The notes below the pieces were generated by a model. It did not search any database and had not been told where the DNA came from. It saw nothing but the letters and a program-made list of their open reading frames with translations. The translations under genes were made by a program, and so were the position numbers. 64,000 nt of DNA from positions 320,001 through 384,000 of IMG/VR virus record IMGVR_UViG_3300021255_002539; one strand, given 5' to 3'. Position 1 is the stretch's first letter. Each line of letters begins with the position of its first letter. Shown one piece after another: positions 9,741 through 21,358 of the stretch. The stretch comes from a virus. Taxonomy: Duplodnaviria > Caudoviricetes.

Positions 9741-11417
9741 TCAATCTTCCGCAACGCAGATATCGTAGTATTCCTTGAACGCCGATTCGCACTTCCTCAT
9801 GCAGTTCTGGAAGAACTCCATTCTGTTCACCCTGTCCTGGCGCGTGTACTCCCACAACCTCTGGCGGAACTCGTCGAATGCTGCTCCAACCTCAGCCCAT
9901 TCGTCGTCGTATGATTCGTTGACCAGTTCATCCTAGTCGATGTAGTCGTATTTGTCCTTGATTCTGGTAAGACCCTTGCTTACTATTCTGTCGTGGGATA
10001 TGCCATCAGGGGACAGTTCCAACTCAGAAGGGACGACCTCGTTGCCCTTTCTGTCCTTTGTCGCAAGAACGTCGCACATTTCGTCTGATGTTGAATAGGA
10101 CATCCTTTCGCCCTCGAAAGAGCCAACTCCACCATCAGAACCGATGAAGAACACATATCCATCTGGCGCGATTACGGTATACCTTTCGTAGAAGTCGAAG
10201 TCTGGACCAAAGTCGAAGACATGCCATTGACCATCTCCAACAGAATCATCTTCCTCGTTGTTGTCTTCAATGGACTCGTCATATTCCTCGTTTTCGTCGT
10301 CAAGGTTTTCTTCTTCTTCCTTCTCGGCGCGGTCGTAGATGCTCTGGTGTCCGCCATTTACTGCGTCAGCCAGGTCAGGCGCATTGAGTTCAAGCTTCTC
10401 TATGTCACCATAGAACTCCCTGCCTTCAACACCAACATGGTCAGACTCGATTGGCTTGTCCGTGGGCAAGTCGGCATGTACCCATCCCCAACCATAGTCA
10501 AAGGCAATGTCCATTTCCTGATTCTCAAGTTCATCGTGGAGTTCATCGTCGGCTTCGTCTTCGTCGTAGCTGTTGCAGGAATATGCAATGGTGGCGACAC
10601 CGCCATCAATCTTGGCATATGCCTTGTCTCCAATTTCATGCTCTTGCCAGAAGAAGTCGTTGTAGTAGTCCTCGGCTTCAACTTCGTATTCGCCAGGGAG
10701 GATTTCAACCTTGCATTCGTGGTAGCTCTCGTACTTCTTCTTCTGCTCAATGTACTTCTTGTCCAGAATCTTGCCGAACTTCAAGCCCTTGATGCGAACA
10801 GTATAGCCAGCACCAGCACCTTCCTTCACGAGCTTCTTTGATTCAAGCCCCAATTTCCTCTTTGTGTATTCATCAGCGTTCTCGGCGATGTCCTCCGCCT
10901 CAATCATCGTTCTGCACTGCCCTATGTTCAAGCCATTCTTGTTCGTAACAATGAAGCAATCTCCCATATCATGGATATTGCATCCATTTGCTGCTGGAAT
11001 GACCTTTCTGCCCGCTTCCTTGGCAAGTTTCTTGGATTCTGCCATTCCCGCCTTCCTCTTGTTCCACCAATCCTTCAGTTCCTTGTTGGGGTCGTCCAAA
11101 TGTACTGTCTCGCCAACATCCAATTCCTTCAACTGCTTGGTTGGAATATCCTTGTGACCATAGGTGTGGAGGAATGAGTGAATGTGGGTAAGGGTCGTTC
11201 CGGAGAGGTAGTCGTCGAGAAGCGAGAAGTCCTGTCCGTTTCCGTCTTCACACCTTTCAATCCTGGCAACTGGAGTGCCGTAGGAAATGAGAGTGAAACC
11301 ATCTCCATCGTCCTCTACATACGCCTTGCGTCCAAATGAGGCGCGTCCATTTGTGGGTTCAAGCTCCTTTCTGACATTCTCAGTCACGGGCTTTTTCGTT
11401 TCGTCTATGTGTTTCAT
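9741..11417 (-). CDS. Acidic hypothetical protein, possibly a head-internal protein, 1 in-frame TAG (9933)
   Basis: ATG overlaps the upstream TGA; readthrough continues 63 codons to TGA just before the terminator; repeated ESKKL.KE motifs. Confidence 0.7.
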
Positions 11418-12019
11418 CTTTTTGCTTCCTCGTTTTTCCAAATTGCTATTACAGGGGCTTCTTCTTCCTCCACATCGTCGTCAAGGACAATCTCGAATTG
11501 TCCATGCATGTTGTTCTTGTCGATGTATTCGTCAGATATCCTGGGGTCTTCGTACTTGAATATCTAGCCGAATTTGTCCACCAAGAAACCCACAACCTCG
11601 TCGTAGAACAAAATTGCAGAATCGCACTTCTCATCGTAGTCTGGGTCATACTTGTCGAAGTCGAACCAACATATGATTTGGTCGTCATGCAAGGTGATGT
11701 TGGTCTTGATGAAGTTGTCGCTGAACAACTGGCCATTGTATTCCCTTGCCACTGCGTGGTATATTTCGTCCAATGTGGGTTCTTTTGATGTGATGTACGA
11801 ATCAAGCATCTTCTTTACAACATCTGGGTTGAATTGGCACCAATCCTCGAAGTCCCTCAATTTCTTGTCCTGTGGGTATTTGCTGAGGTATGTCGCCTCC
11901 AGGTCGTCGAAGAACGCATCTGGGTCTATTGTCTACCCTTTGTACACCAGAAGTTCCCTGGAATCGTCGAATGTGACTCCTGGGATGCCATAGAAGCCGT
12001 CTTGTTGTAGTTTGTCCAT
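11414..12019 (-). CDS. Hypothetical protein, 2 in-frame TAG (11933, 11564)
   Basis: Readthrough ends in an ATGA overlap with the next gene; GTAAATA upstream. Confidence 0.75.
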
Positions 12020-12045
12020 GATAACATTATTTACAAAAAACGCTA

Positions 12046-13050
12046 TCAAAACATGGCAGTTAGCTTCAATCCAATAACGGTGACATAGATTTCGGACTTC
12101 GCGGCGCTGGACAACACATTGAGGTTGAGGTGGATGAGGTTGGGCTTGGAGATGACGATTTCGATGTCCTTTGCCTTTGAGTTCGCCACGAAGCTTCTGC
12201 ATGTGGAGGACAGGGTGTCGAGTATGGCCTTGTTGCAGAGGAACACGAAGTTCTGGGTGGTGGATGTGTAGCAGCAGATGTCCTTGTAGTTGGGTGCTGC
12301 GTATGTCATCCTTCCGAACTCCACGCTCACCTTGTTGCCGATGTTGGACTTCACGAGCTTCTGGTTGTCAGAGACAGTTGCGTATAGGGTGTTCTGGGTT
12401 GTGTTGGACACGACATCGCTCTCAATCGCGGCCTGCTCGGGGGTCTGAATCTTGATTGAGCTTTCCTCTGACTCTGACAATGTGGACAACAGTTCGTTCA
12501 CCTCACTGAACTTGTTGGCTGGGATGTTGGCGGTGAGGAGGAAGTTTGGTTGCAGATCATCTGGGTTTGGCGTCTTGTGGACGACCTCGCCATACTTGGA
12601 GGGGACCAGAACCTTCTCTATCGAGCCCAGTTGGGTGCTGACTGCTGCAGAAGTGGACAACTGGAACTTGATGTTGTACTTCGGGGACGATATCTTGATG
12701 CTTGCCTTGGAGCAAACAGAAACCTTCACCTTGCCAGAACTGAACAGAGTTGCGTCCTTGGTGTCGTAGTACTTCCCGATGTTCTTCAGCACCACTATGA
12801 ACTTCTTGACATTTGGCAGGAACAGCGTGATGTCATCCACTTCACAAGAGTCGTCCAGGTGGATTGCCGTGGTAAACAGGTCTGACTTGCCAGTGGCCCA
12901 TTTGTTGAACATCGTGGTCTCGGTCTTGTTGATGGTGACTTGGCAGCATGATGCAGCAAGCGTAGTGTCGAATGTGGTGATGGATCCCAGCAACTGCTCA
13001 AAGTCCTCCACCTTCAACATCAATTCTTCGTTTTTGTTGTTGTTATCCAT
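12046..13050 (-). CDS. Hypothetical protein, possibly a sliding clamp (weak)
   Basis: 334-aa ORF near helicase and clamp loader; function from context only. Confidence 0.6.
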   Translation of the reverse strand: MDNNNKNEELMLKVEDFEQLLGSITTFDTTLAASCCQVTINKTETTMFNKWATGKSDLFTTAIHLDDSCEVDDITLFLPNVKKFIVVLKNIGKYYDTKDATLFSSGKVKVSVCSKASIKISSPKYNIKFQLSTSAAVSTQLGSIEKVLVPSKYGEVVHKTPNPDDLQPNFLLTANIPANKFSEVNELLSTLSESEESSIKIQTPEQAAIESDVVSNTTQNTLYATVSDNQKLVKSNIGNKVSVEFGRMTYAAPNYKDICCYTSTTQNFVFLCNKAILDTLSSTCRSFVANSKAKDIEIVISKPNLIHLNLNVLSSAAKSEIYVTVIGLKLTAMF

Positions 13051-13072
13051 TGTGTATTCTGTTCTCCCTTCA

Positions 13073-13765
13073 TCAATATGACGAAATCATCCAAAACCTG
13101 TCGCTTGGACTGGACTGGTCCATCGCCTTGCCAGTCTGGACAAGCTTCTCCATGTAGTGTTCCATGTCGTGGATGTCCACATACGAGTCGTTCACGCACA
13201 GTTCCAATTGGCAATCCTGGAGAATCCTGCTTCCCACATTTGGGAAGAAGTACCCAATCCACTGCGCAATCTTCAGCTTTGTCCTTTTCCCAACCCAAAG
13301 CTTGACCAATTTCAGTACCTTCTCCTGGTCCAGCTCGACAACATAGTCTCCATCGGGGCCGAAGTTGTCCTTGGCCCTGCACCCCAATAGAATTCGGTGG
13401 AGGTTTCTGGAACAGGAGAACCACAAGTCCTTCGCTGGGAACTTGCCGTAGTCGAAGTTGAGGTGCGTGTTCCCATCTTCGTGGGGGGATATGGAATCAA
13501 CGAGCATCCCCAAGTATACCTTGAACTGAACTTCGTCCAATGATCGCATGAACTCTGTTAGTCTGACTTCCTCTGGTGGCAACTTGTCCAGAACCTGATT
13601 CTTCGTGAGCGTCATGCATTTGTTCTTCAGCTCAATCCACCTCTCGGCCCGTTTGCTTCTGTCGTCACCAAGGTACCAGTCCATCTCGCGCACAGCATCG
13701 TGGACAGCATACAATTCCTCCAAGTTGACCCCGGTCGTCTTCGCAACTGTTATCTCAAGACCCAT
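13073..13765 (-). CDS. Hypothetical protein
   Basis: GAGGTG SD; TATAAT at ~13802. Confidence 0.7.
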   Translation of the reverse strand: MGLEITVAKTTGVNLEELYAVHDAVREMDWYLGDDRSKRAERWIELKNKCMTLTKNQVLDKLPPEEVRLTEFMRSLDEVQFKVYLGMLVDSISPHEDGNTHLNFDYGKFPAKDLWFSCSRNLHRILLGCRAKDNFGPDGDYVVELDQEKVLKLVKLWVGKRTKLKIAQWIGYFFPNVGSRILQDCQLELCVNDSYVDIHDMEHYMEKLVQTGKAMDQSSPSDRFWMISSY

Positions 13766-13882
13766 TCGTTCACCTCTTTCGCATTTCTTCTCAACCATTG
13801 AATTATACGCCAGAAATGTGACATTGTAAAGTTTACGGCAAATCGTCGTTGGTGTATAATTGAACAAGGAATTTGACATACG

Positions 13883-15400
13883 ATGGCTATTACGACGACA
13901 ACAGACAACAAATCTACATTCTTCAAGGAGGAGCTGTCAGACAAGACCCTGGAGTTGATGCTGTTCCGGGAGATGGTGCTCAATTCTGACTTCATGGACA
14001 AGATCTCCAATGTAGTCGACTTCAGGTGGTTCAGAACACCATGCATCCAGTTCATGGCGAAGTTCGCAGTAGGCTACTTCAAGAAGAATGGCATATTGGT
14101 GACCCGGGACATAATGGAGTCCGTAATCCAGAGGGTCAACGAGAACCAAGCGATTGCTGCGAACAAGATTGACCTGAACGCCGCCATGTTCGACTTCAAC
14201 AAGGCAACAACGCTGAACCTGGGAGAGATGTCCGACAAGGACAGAATGGCGAAGATCCAGGAGTATGTGAAGCAGGAGGCGATGAGGAACGCCCTTCTGG
14301 ATTCCGCAACCGACCTGGAGCGCAAGAACACAGATGGATTGGTGGAGAACACGCTGAAGAAGTTCGACGACATCCAGAAGTTGGTTTTCGAGGAACTGGA
14401 CTTTGGAGTTGAGATGTCATCGGATGAAGTTGACAATTCCCTTGAAGACCACATCGACTTCCTCACGAATCCATCTGCGAGGATTCCGACTCTTTGGAAT
14501 TGCCTGGACGACGTGACGCATGGTGGCTTCTTCAAGGATGGCAAGTTCCTGGGTGTGTTCATGGCTCAGGCTGGACTGGGCAAGTCGAACATCTTGGCGA
14601 ACCTAGGGTACAACTTCCTCAAGCAGAACCTCAAGGTTGTGGTGATCTCGATGGAAATGAGCCAGAATGTGTATCTGCGCCGATTCGACTCCCTCATCTC
14701 CAAGATCGACATCGACGATTTGGGGTTGTCCAGCATGGTTGGTCAGTTGAAGGACAAGGTAGAGAGGTTCTACAAGCAAGACTACCCAGGGGCGAGGCTC
14801 AACATCAAGGAATTTCCACCAAACAGCAAGTCAGCGAAGAGCTTGGGGCAGTATGTGGAGAAATTGGTGGTCGCGAAGGGTTGGAAGCCGGATGTCCTCA
14901 TAGTGGACTACCTCAACCTGCTCAAGCCGAATGCTGGTTCCTCCCATGGCGATTCCACGATGTACGAAGATGGCAAGGCGGTGTCCGAGGAACTGCGCAA
15001 GTTGTCGTATGACTTGTCCATTCCCATAATAACTGCGGTCCAGTGCAACTCCAGTGGCTTCAACACCGCCGACATTGGAATGCAGAACATAGCAGAATCC
15101 AGGGGAATCGCCCACACCGCCGACTTCATAGCTGGACTCTACCAAACCGAGGACGAGCAGGAGCAAGGGGTGTTCCACATGAAGATATTGAAGTCCAGAC
15201 TGGGCGAGAGCAAGAACCTCAAGTTCGAGTTCAACAAGCGCACGATGGAGTTCACCGACATCAACGATGTTGACGATGGGATGGAAGCTGTGAAGGAAAG
15301 CGTTGATCAGGGCAAGAAACCGACAACCAATTCACTGACCCCTGTCAGATGCGAAGTCGACGACAAGGATCTGTTCATGGGAGACTTGGGGATGCCGTAA
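13883..15400 (+). CDS. Replicative DnaB-family helicase (T4 gp41-like)
   Basis: AQAGLGKS, ISMEM, IVDYLNL, TAVQCN, IAESRGIAHTADF, KSRLG. Confidence 0.9.
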   Translation: MAITTTTDNKSTFFKEELSDKTLELMLFREMVLNSDFMDKISNVVDFRWFRTPCIQFMAKFAVGYFKKNGILVTRDIMESVIQRVNENQAIAANKIDLNAAMFDFNKATTLNLGEMSDKDRMAKIQEYVKQEAMRNALLDSATDLERKNTDGLVENTLKKFDDIQKLVFEELDFGVEMSSDEVDNSLEDHIDFLTNPSARIPTLWNCLDDVTHGGFFKDGKFLGVFMAQAGLGKSNILANLGYNFLKQNLKVVVISMEMSQNVYLRRFDSLISKIDIDDLGLSSMVGQLKDKVERFYKQDYPGARLNIKEFPPNSKSAKSLGQYVEKLVVAKGWKPDVLIVDYLNLLKPNAGSSHGDSTMYEDGKAVSEELRKLSYDLSIPIITAVQCNSSGFNTADIGMQNIAESRGIAHTADFIAGLYQTEDEQEQGVFHMKILKSRLGESKNLKFEFNKRTMEFTDINDVDDGMEAVKESVDQGKKPTTNSLTPVRCEVDDKDLFMGDLGMP

Positions 15401-17225
15401 CTGGCATGGATGCCGTAAGCAATTCCTGCTCATCTTCGGTTATTTCCTTGCACTCCCAGATGTACACCTCTATGTGTGGTGGTATGTTGTCGTGTGGAAT
15501 CGTGACCGTGTGCGTATTCGACGATTCTGGGTACTCCAATGGGGACATCTGGTAGTTTACCTTCACATTCTTCACAGTGTTGGTTTCTGAGTACTCGTTC
15601 AGGGTTCCAATTGGGGTGGTCTTCACATTGACTACTGCGGCCTGTTTCCCACTGATGCCCCCTTGCAGCCAATCTTGACCTTGTGTAGTGGACTTTTCCT
15701 CCAACGTCTCGTCGTGTGTGTGGATTGGAACATTGGATTCGCGCAGACACACATATTCCTCCCCGAATCTCCTGCCCAACTTCGCGGCCTCGTCCACTCC
15801 CCGGAGGAAGTTCTCTATTCTTCTCCACCGCTTGCCACCATAGTGGTTGATTACCTTTTGCTCTATGTCGTCTGTGGTGGATATGACGACCCTCCCAACA
15901 TATGTCAATGGCCTCACAGACACGAGCAACTACCGAACCAAATCGATCTTCCCACCAATAACCTTGATTTGCTCCATCATCTTGTGGCAGCGGACATTGA
16001 ATTCCTGTCTTGATTCGAGCAGTACATCCAGGAATGGGGTCAGAATCTCGGAAATGGATCTTCCATCCTCCCCCTTGAGTTCCCTACCAGCAACATCTGT
16101 GAATATGTCCAAAAGCTGACCAACCCCCTGCCGCATCATCTTGATGTCATCCTCAATCGAATCTTCCTCAATCTGCAACCGAAGCAGACAATCGGATGGT
16201 GTAAGGTTCTCCACTTGGTATTTCACCAGTCCATTTACGGTGCTCGACTGGTATTGGGCCTCCACCATCGAATCCTTCTTGACCTTCAGTGGTTGCCCAA
16301 CAACATCCCTGCTTGATGAGGATTCCTGTTTGATGGTGGTATATGGGAATGTCACTGCCTGTCGTCCGATGGATGTATTGTTGCTGCTTTCCATGTACTT
16401 GACATATACATTCAGGCAGGGAGGTACATTGTTGTGCCTCTTGTTGGGGGTTCTCCAGTCCAGGATGTTCTGACCATAGAGTGGGAACGTGAGTTGGTCA
16501 GTTGTGGAAGAATTGCATTTGATTGGGTGAACCCGAACCCCCTTTGGAGAACCCCTGTTGTCGTCTTGGGAGACCAATTGGTAGTTCCCCTATGCGAATA
16601 TGCCCAGAACATCGCCACCCAGTTTGTTTCTGGAAATTGGCACGGTAAGGGTTTCTGCCTTCGTATTTGGGTGGTCATGACTGGGAACCTGCCCGACAAT
16701 GGATTCCTCAAAGTCGCTCTGGGGTAGTTCTGCTCCAAATGTCTGACACCATATCTGACCAAGTGCCTTTTTGAAGTTTTCGTATTTCACCAAATCAGGA
16801 ATGGCCGATTCCTTGATGGATTGGATTTCGGTGGCACCAGAGTAGTTCAAGACACCCTTCCTTCTCAATTTCAGAATGTCGTTGTCCAGTCGTTCCTCCA
16901 ATTGGTCGAGTCTAGTCTATAGGTCCGAAATGAAATCCTCTGCAACCGATCTTCTAGCATATTGGGTGAATTGCCCAGCAAGATCCTTTGGCTTCACTCC
17001 TGTTGGATCCAAGTAGGGATGTCCCTGCTAGTCGAACTTCACCAGTTGTCCGAATATGGTCTGGTAGAACTCGTTGAACATCTGCCATTGGGTGACTGCG
17101 ATGTATCCACGAGGCTCTTCCTGCATGGGGAAGAACAAGAAGCAATCGTTGTCGTTGCTGGACAGCGAAAGGTCCAGTACGGAAATCGGATTTACTCTGA
17201 GGTATTCTCTTACATCTATGTTCAT
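15375..17225 (-). CDS. Baseplate/tail-associated protein with gp10-C-like modules, ~616 aa, 4 in-frame TAG
   Basis: Four ORF fragments share one frame, separated only by TAG (17028, 16917, 16590, 15930); YVGRVVIST..GGKRW...HDNIPPHIEVYIW and an internal HNNVPPCLNVYV repeat. Confidence 0.7.
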
Positions 17226-17236
17226 TGTAGATGTAT

Positions 17237-17581
17237 TTACAATCGAGTGCGTCGTTTTCCCTTCATCTTCTTGATCGGAATGGATTTCTTGAACGATGAG
17301 TTCTTCAGGTTGTACAGAACTGAATAGACCTCATCGAGTGCGGGGTTCATCAGAACATTGAAGTCGGCCAGCAGGTTCATCAGGTTCTGGTCGCAACCAC
17401 CTTGGGTTTCTGGGTTGTTCAATCCGGCCTCAAGAATCGCCTCCTTGGTCTTGGTTGCCTCCTTCGACAGCTTCTGCAACTTGCTGCGCATATCCTTGAA
17501 CCTCCAATAGAAGTCCACCACAGACTTCTTGAACTTGGAGAACCTGTCCTTTACGCGCTTAGCGTCTGGCTCCCGTTTCAT
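17237..17581 (-). CDS. Hypothetical protein
   Basis: ATGA coupling. Confidence 0.65.
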   Translation of the reverse strand: MKREPDAKRVKDRFSKFKKSVVDFYWRFKDMRSKLQKLSKEATKTKEAILEAGLNNPETQGGCDQNLMNLLADFNVLMNPALDEVYSVLYNLKNSSFKKSIPIKKMKGKRRTRL

Positions 17582-17883
17582 GCGTTATTCTTCTTTCCCT
17601 TGTTATATACGTCTCTTCCAAACTCAAATGGATGGAACATTGGGCATTTCGACAACCACCCAACTGCCCCACCAATCACTTTCTCCAGATGCCCATTGCT
17701 CAACAAGGTTTCCAGTGGAATGTACATCCAGAAAACCAACAGAGCGACCATCACAAACGGCCAAACGAAGAACACGCTTGGCTTGGACGAACATTCCTCC
17801 AATATCCCAGCATATCCACATAAGAACATCGTGATCCACCAACCGGCGAACCACCCAACCACAATAGTCAAGGCAACTTCCAT
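17578..17883 (-). CDS. Small membrane protein
   Basis: Two hydrophobic segments; GGAG SD. Confidence 0.6.
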   Translation of the reverse strand: MEVALTIVVGWFAGWWITMFLCGYAGILEECSSKPSVFFVWPFVMVALLVFWMYIPLETLLSNGHLEKVIGGAVGWLSKCPMFHPFEFGRDVYNKGKKNNA

Positions 17884-17913
17884 GTCATATTCTCCAGTTT
17901 TAATTGTACCACT

Positions 17914-18285
17914 TCACCATTTCATTGTAAACACGATTCCCATCTTCTCGCGCCGTTTTCTCCATATGGTGACTACATCCACGATTTGTTCTATGATGTC
18001 CCAGGTTATGTTGGTGTTGCCATCCTTGCTTTCAGTGAGTGAGAACAGAACGCTTCTTGTCCAGGAGTTCTCCACCTCCACATAATCCATGGTATATGCC
18101 AAAGACCACTTGGCGAGGGTTTCTATGAGTTGATCCTTGTTGATTTGCTTGACATCCAGTGTATCGCCAAATTGACCATTTGACAAGTATATGGAGTGGA
18201 CATCCTCTGTCTGGACGAGCAGGAGGACTTGTCCAATCGCCTCCACCAGCTCGTAGTCGTCGTGTATCCAAATTGCCCGTTCCAT
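17914..18285 (-). CDS. Hypothetical protein, FDLSL/TNID paralogue family
   Basis: LAKWSL...TESKDGNTNITWDIIE. Confidence 0.75.
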   Translation of the reverse strand: MERAIWIHDDYELVEAIGQVLLLVQTEDVHSIYLSNGQFGDTLDVKQINKDQLIETLAKWSLAYTMDYVEVENSWTRSVLFSLTESKDGNTNITWDIIEQIVDVVTIWRKRREKMGIVFTMKW

Positions 18286-18496
18286 TGTGGTTGGTTTCTC
18301 TGCTTTAGATGTTCAACGCCATGGACAATATGGAGAAGGTAGCCATCGCCAGAAAGAACACCCCAGACGCGCACAACATCCAATTTGCAGTCCTGACGAG
18401 CCCAAACCAAGCAACCACGATGGACAGAACCAATGTGATGGTGCCAGCGAAGTACATGGGAATAGCAATCAAGTTGAACATGTCTCGGTCTCCTGT

Positions 18497-18877
18497 TTAG
18501 AATTCTGAATCAAACTTGTCATCAACAACCTGTCTTTCCCTTAGACGCTTCTGCTCTATTGCTTGTGCCACCCCAACCAATGCGTCAATCACATCTGCGT
18601 CTATGTTGGTGGAGAAGTCGGTCGAGGGTGTAATTCCAATTTCCAGACATGTGGAGTTTGGGATGCACAAAGACGTTATGGCGCACTTGAGGGAGAGGTC
18701 TGGCAGAATGTCAATCAGTTTTGATGGGGTTGGGTTCTGGTGCATCTTCCAACAATGGTCGTACACATACATGTCGAGATCGAAGTCGAGCATTGGGTTC
18801 GCCAATATGTTCTGCCCAAATGCCGCAATCTTCTGCAACATGTATTGCTTGCCAATCTCGCCAGACAGGTTGGTCAT
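18497..18877 (-). CDS. Hypothetical protein, FDLSL/TNID paralogue family
   Basis: LPDLSL...PSTDFSTNIDADVIDA. Confidence 0.75.
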   Translation of the reverse strand: MTNLSGEIGKQYMLQKIAAFGQNILANPMLDFDLDMYVYDHCWKMHQNPTPSKLIDILPDLSLKCAITSLCIPNSTCLEIGITPSTDFSTNIDADVIDALVGVAQAIEQKRLRERQVVDDKFDSEF

Positions 18878-18880
18878 AGG

Positions 18881-20260
18881 TCAAATGTGCCTGTAGTCGG
18901 GCTTGTAGACCATCTTCTCGCCCCACTCCACGAAGTCCTTGGGTGCGTCAGGAGTGAGGACGAAGAGGGTCGGATAGGGCGGCGGATAGGTGGGCATGTC
19001 AATGTACCCATCCGTGAAGGTGATGCAACAGTTGAAGTCGTCGCCAAGCTCGCGCAGCTTCTTGAAGGCCGGCCGGAAGTCGGACCCACCACCACCCTTC
19101 GCGCTGAACTTGTCGAACTCCATCGGCGTCTCGGGGTCGTAGGTCTTGACATCCTGCACATCGGCATCACACTGAATCATCGTGATTTCGTACTTGCCAA
19201 AGGACTCGACCAGGGACTTGAACTCCGCAAGGAACTTGGGGAGGTCGCCCAGGTAGGAACCCGAGGTGTCGAGGATGAGCGCGGCCTTGATCTTCATGTC
19301 GGTCTTTCCAGGGAGGTACATTCCCCTGCCAAGCGCGTGGCGGGAGCAACGGGACCAGGAGTGATCGCCACCCAGGGTCTTCGTCACGAATTGACTGAGA
19401 GATTCTTTCCAATTGATCTCGGGCTTGAGCATTTCCTTCACCAGATTGTCGATGCCAGCAGGAAGATGCCCCTGCTTGCGCTCAATGCTCTGCGCCACGG
19501 CCGTGACCATTTCCTTGATCCTGTTCTCAGTATCGCGGGCGTCTCCCATCTTGGGGTTGAAGTCGGGGTCGTCTCCCCTCTTGCCAAACTTGCCCTCCTG
19601 CTCCTGGGCGTCACCATTTCCATCGCCCTCGTAGATGTGCTTGTCGAACTGGTTGCCATACTGCCCCTGGTTGTTGCCATTGTTCTGGTTGCCACCACCG
19701 GACGAAGAACCACCACCCTGGGAGTCGCCATCCTGGTCTCCAGAACCACCATCCTGACCCTGGCCGTTGCCCTGACCATTTCCCTGACCACCCTTGCCAT
19801 TTTTCTTCTGCTGCTTCTGCATCTGCTTCATCAAATAGGCGTAGATGTCCTCGGCGTTCTTGCCAGCCACGATGGGATCCGGGAAGCAACCACTCTTGGG
19901 GACTTCAAGACCCTCGTTCTGGAGCATGTGGTTGATCTCCATGTCGGTCGCAATATTCCAAATCTCCTTGTCTCGGGCCTGACGACGGGTGAAGTGGAGG
20001 AAGATGTTGTGCCAAACCTCGTGGGCCAGGACGAATTCGCGTTGTCCAGGGGTGAGATTGGAGTAGAATTCGCAATCGAAGAAGATCCTGTTGCCATCGG
20101 TTGCGGCCGTCAGGCAATTGCGGTCATAGGTGGGGGTGATGGAGAAGCGCAGAAGCATCTCCCCAATGAAGGGATGCTTCTCAAGCAACTTCCAACGGGC
20201 AACCTCCAGCCCCTTGCCAACCTTTTCCTTGACTTCCTTGATGTCAACCTTCTCTGCCAT
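18881..20260 (-). CDS. DUF2201-type metallopeptidase-like + vWA protein (usual MoxR partner)
   Basis: TAATDG, HEVWH, G/Q/N linker, DTSGS MIDAS, GGGGSDF, FTDG. Confidence 0.85.
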   Translation of the reverse strand: MAEKVDIKEVKEKVGKGLEVARWKLLEKHPFIGEMLLRFSITPTYDRNCLTAATDGNRIFFDCEFYSNLTPGQREFVLAHEVWHNIFLHFTRRQARDKEIWNIATDMEINHMLQNEGLEVPKSGCFPDPIVAGKNAEDIYAYLMKQMQKQQKKNGKGGQGNGQGNGQGQDGGSGDQDGDSQGGGSSSGGGNQNNGNNQGQYGNQFDKHIYEGDGNGDAQEQEGKFGKRGDDPDFNPKMGDARDTENRIKEMVTAVAQSIERKQGHLPAGIDNLVKEMLKPEINWKESLSQFVTKTLGGDHSWSRCSRHALGRGMYLPGKTDMKIKAALILDTSGSYLGDLPKFLAEFKSLVESFGKYEITMIQCDADVQDVKTYDPETPMEFDKFSAKGGGGSDFRPAFKKLRELGDDFNCCITFTDGYIDMPTYPPPYPTLFVLTPDAPKDFVEWGEKMVYKPDYRHI

Positions 20261-20331
20261 GTTTCCTTCAACCTTCCTGGGTGGCTCTCGGGTGCCACGC
20301 CAAACCCTATTCTCTCCCTCACAACACACAT

Positions 20332-20367
20332 ATTATACCATATTCGGCGGTAAAAAGTCAATACCCC
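20332..20367 (-). promoter_or_regulatory. Sigma70-type (early) promoter
   Basis: GGGGTA-TTGACT-N18-TATAAT. Confidence 0.7.
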
Positions 20368-20419
20368 TTATGTTGGAAAAAGGTAAATAATATATCCAAC
20401 AAATGGAGGATACATAGAC

Positions 20420-21244
20420 ATGATTACGATTAACAAATTGGTGACAACTAGATTTGACATGACAACTGGAGGGGGGGAATTAAATAACCCACTGTGCTTT
20501 ACGGCGGTAGATGCTGGTGCTACGATAGCATTCAACAAAGTCGGCAGTCCAGATGCGGCAAGCATCGTGACTTCTACAGATGGACAGAATTGGATAGATT
20601 ATACATTTAATGATGTTATCACTCTTGTCAATGTAGGCGACAAGGTGTATTTCAGAGCAACTGACGAGAACGACATCTCGTTCTACAAAGATGGCAGCAA
20701 CTACTACAGATTTGCTACGACAGATGGAAAGAAGATAGCGGCAAGTGGAAATATCTAGACATTGATGAAGGCAGATGGTTCAAGATTGGACATATCTGGA
20801 AAGGACAGTTGCTATTTCAACATGTTCTACAAATGCACATCCTTGACATCCGCTCCAAGTTTGCAGGCAACAACACTTGCTAATCATTGCTACTAGAGCA
20901 TGTTCTATGGTTGCACATCCTTGATGACGACTCCTGCCCTGCCAGCAACGACTCTTACTGAATACTGTTACGGCAGCATGTTCTAGGGCTGCACATCTTT
21001 GACAACAGCTCCAAGCTTGCCAGCAACGACCCTCGCCAGCGGCTGCTACTTAAATATGTTCCGAGATTGTAGCAATCTCGCTACAATAGATGTCAGCTTT
21101 ACTGCATGGAACCCGACAAACGCAACATCGAGCTGGGTGTATCGCGTTGCAGCATCTGGCACATTCACTTGCCCAGCAGATTTGCCAACGGAGACGACTG
21201 GAAGGAACAACATCCCATCTGGTTGGACTATAGTAGAGAAATGA
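20420..21244 (+). CDS. BspA/LRR-like repeat protein (CY..MF..CTSL..AP.LPATTL repeats), 3 in-frame TAG
   Basis: SGNI[*]TL, CY[*]SMF and MF[*]GCTSL fall inside uninterrupted repeats; ends TGA. Confidence 0.85.
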
Positions 21245-21358
21245 CAATAGGATATCGCAAGCAACTCTGATTCCCAATTCAGAATCAGAATATGGCCGAG
21301 ATGGGTTGTTCTCCATCTCGGCTTTACATTTCCCCACATTTCGCGTATAATATGACAT

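Noticed and set aside
18740-20353. 537-aa plus-strand ORF, and similar long antisense ORFs such as 563..1678
   Set aside because: Shadow of the real minus-strand gene caused by codon bias; no motifs or SD
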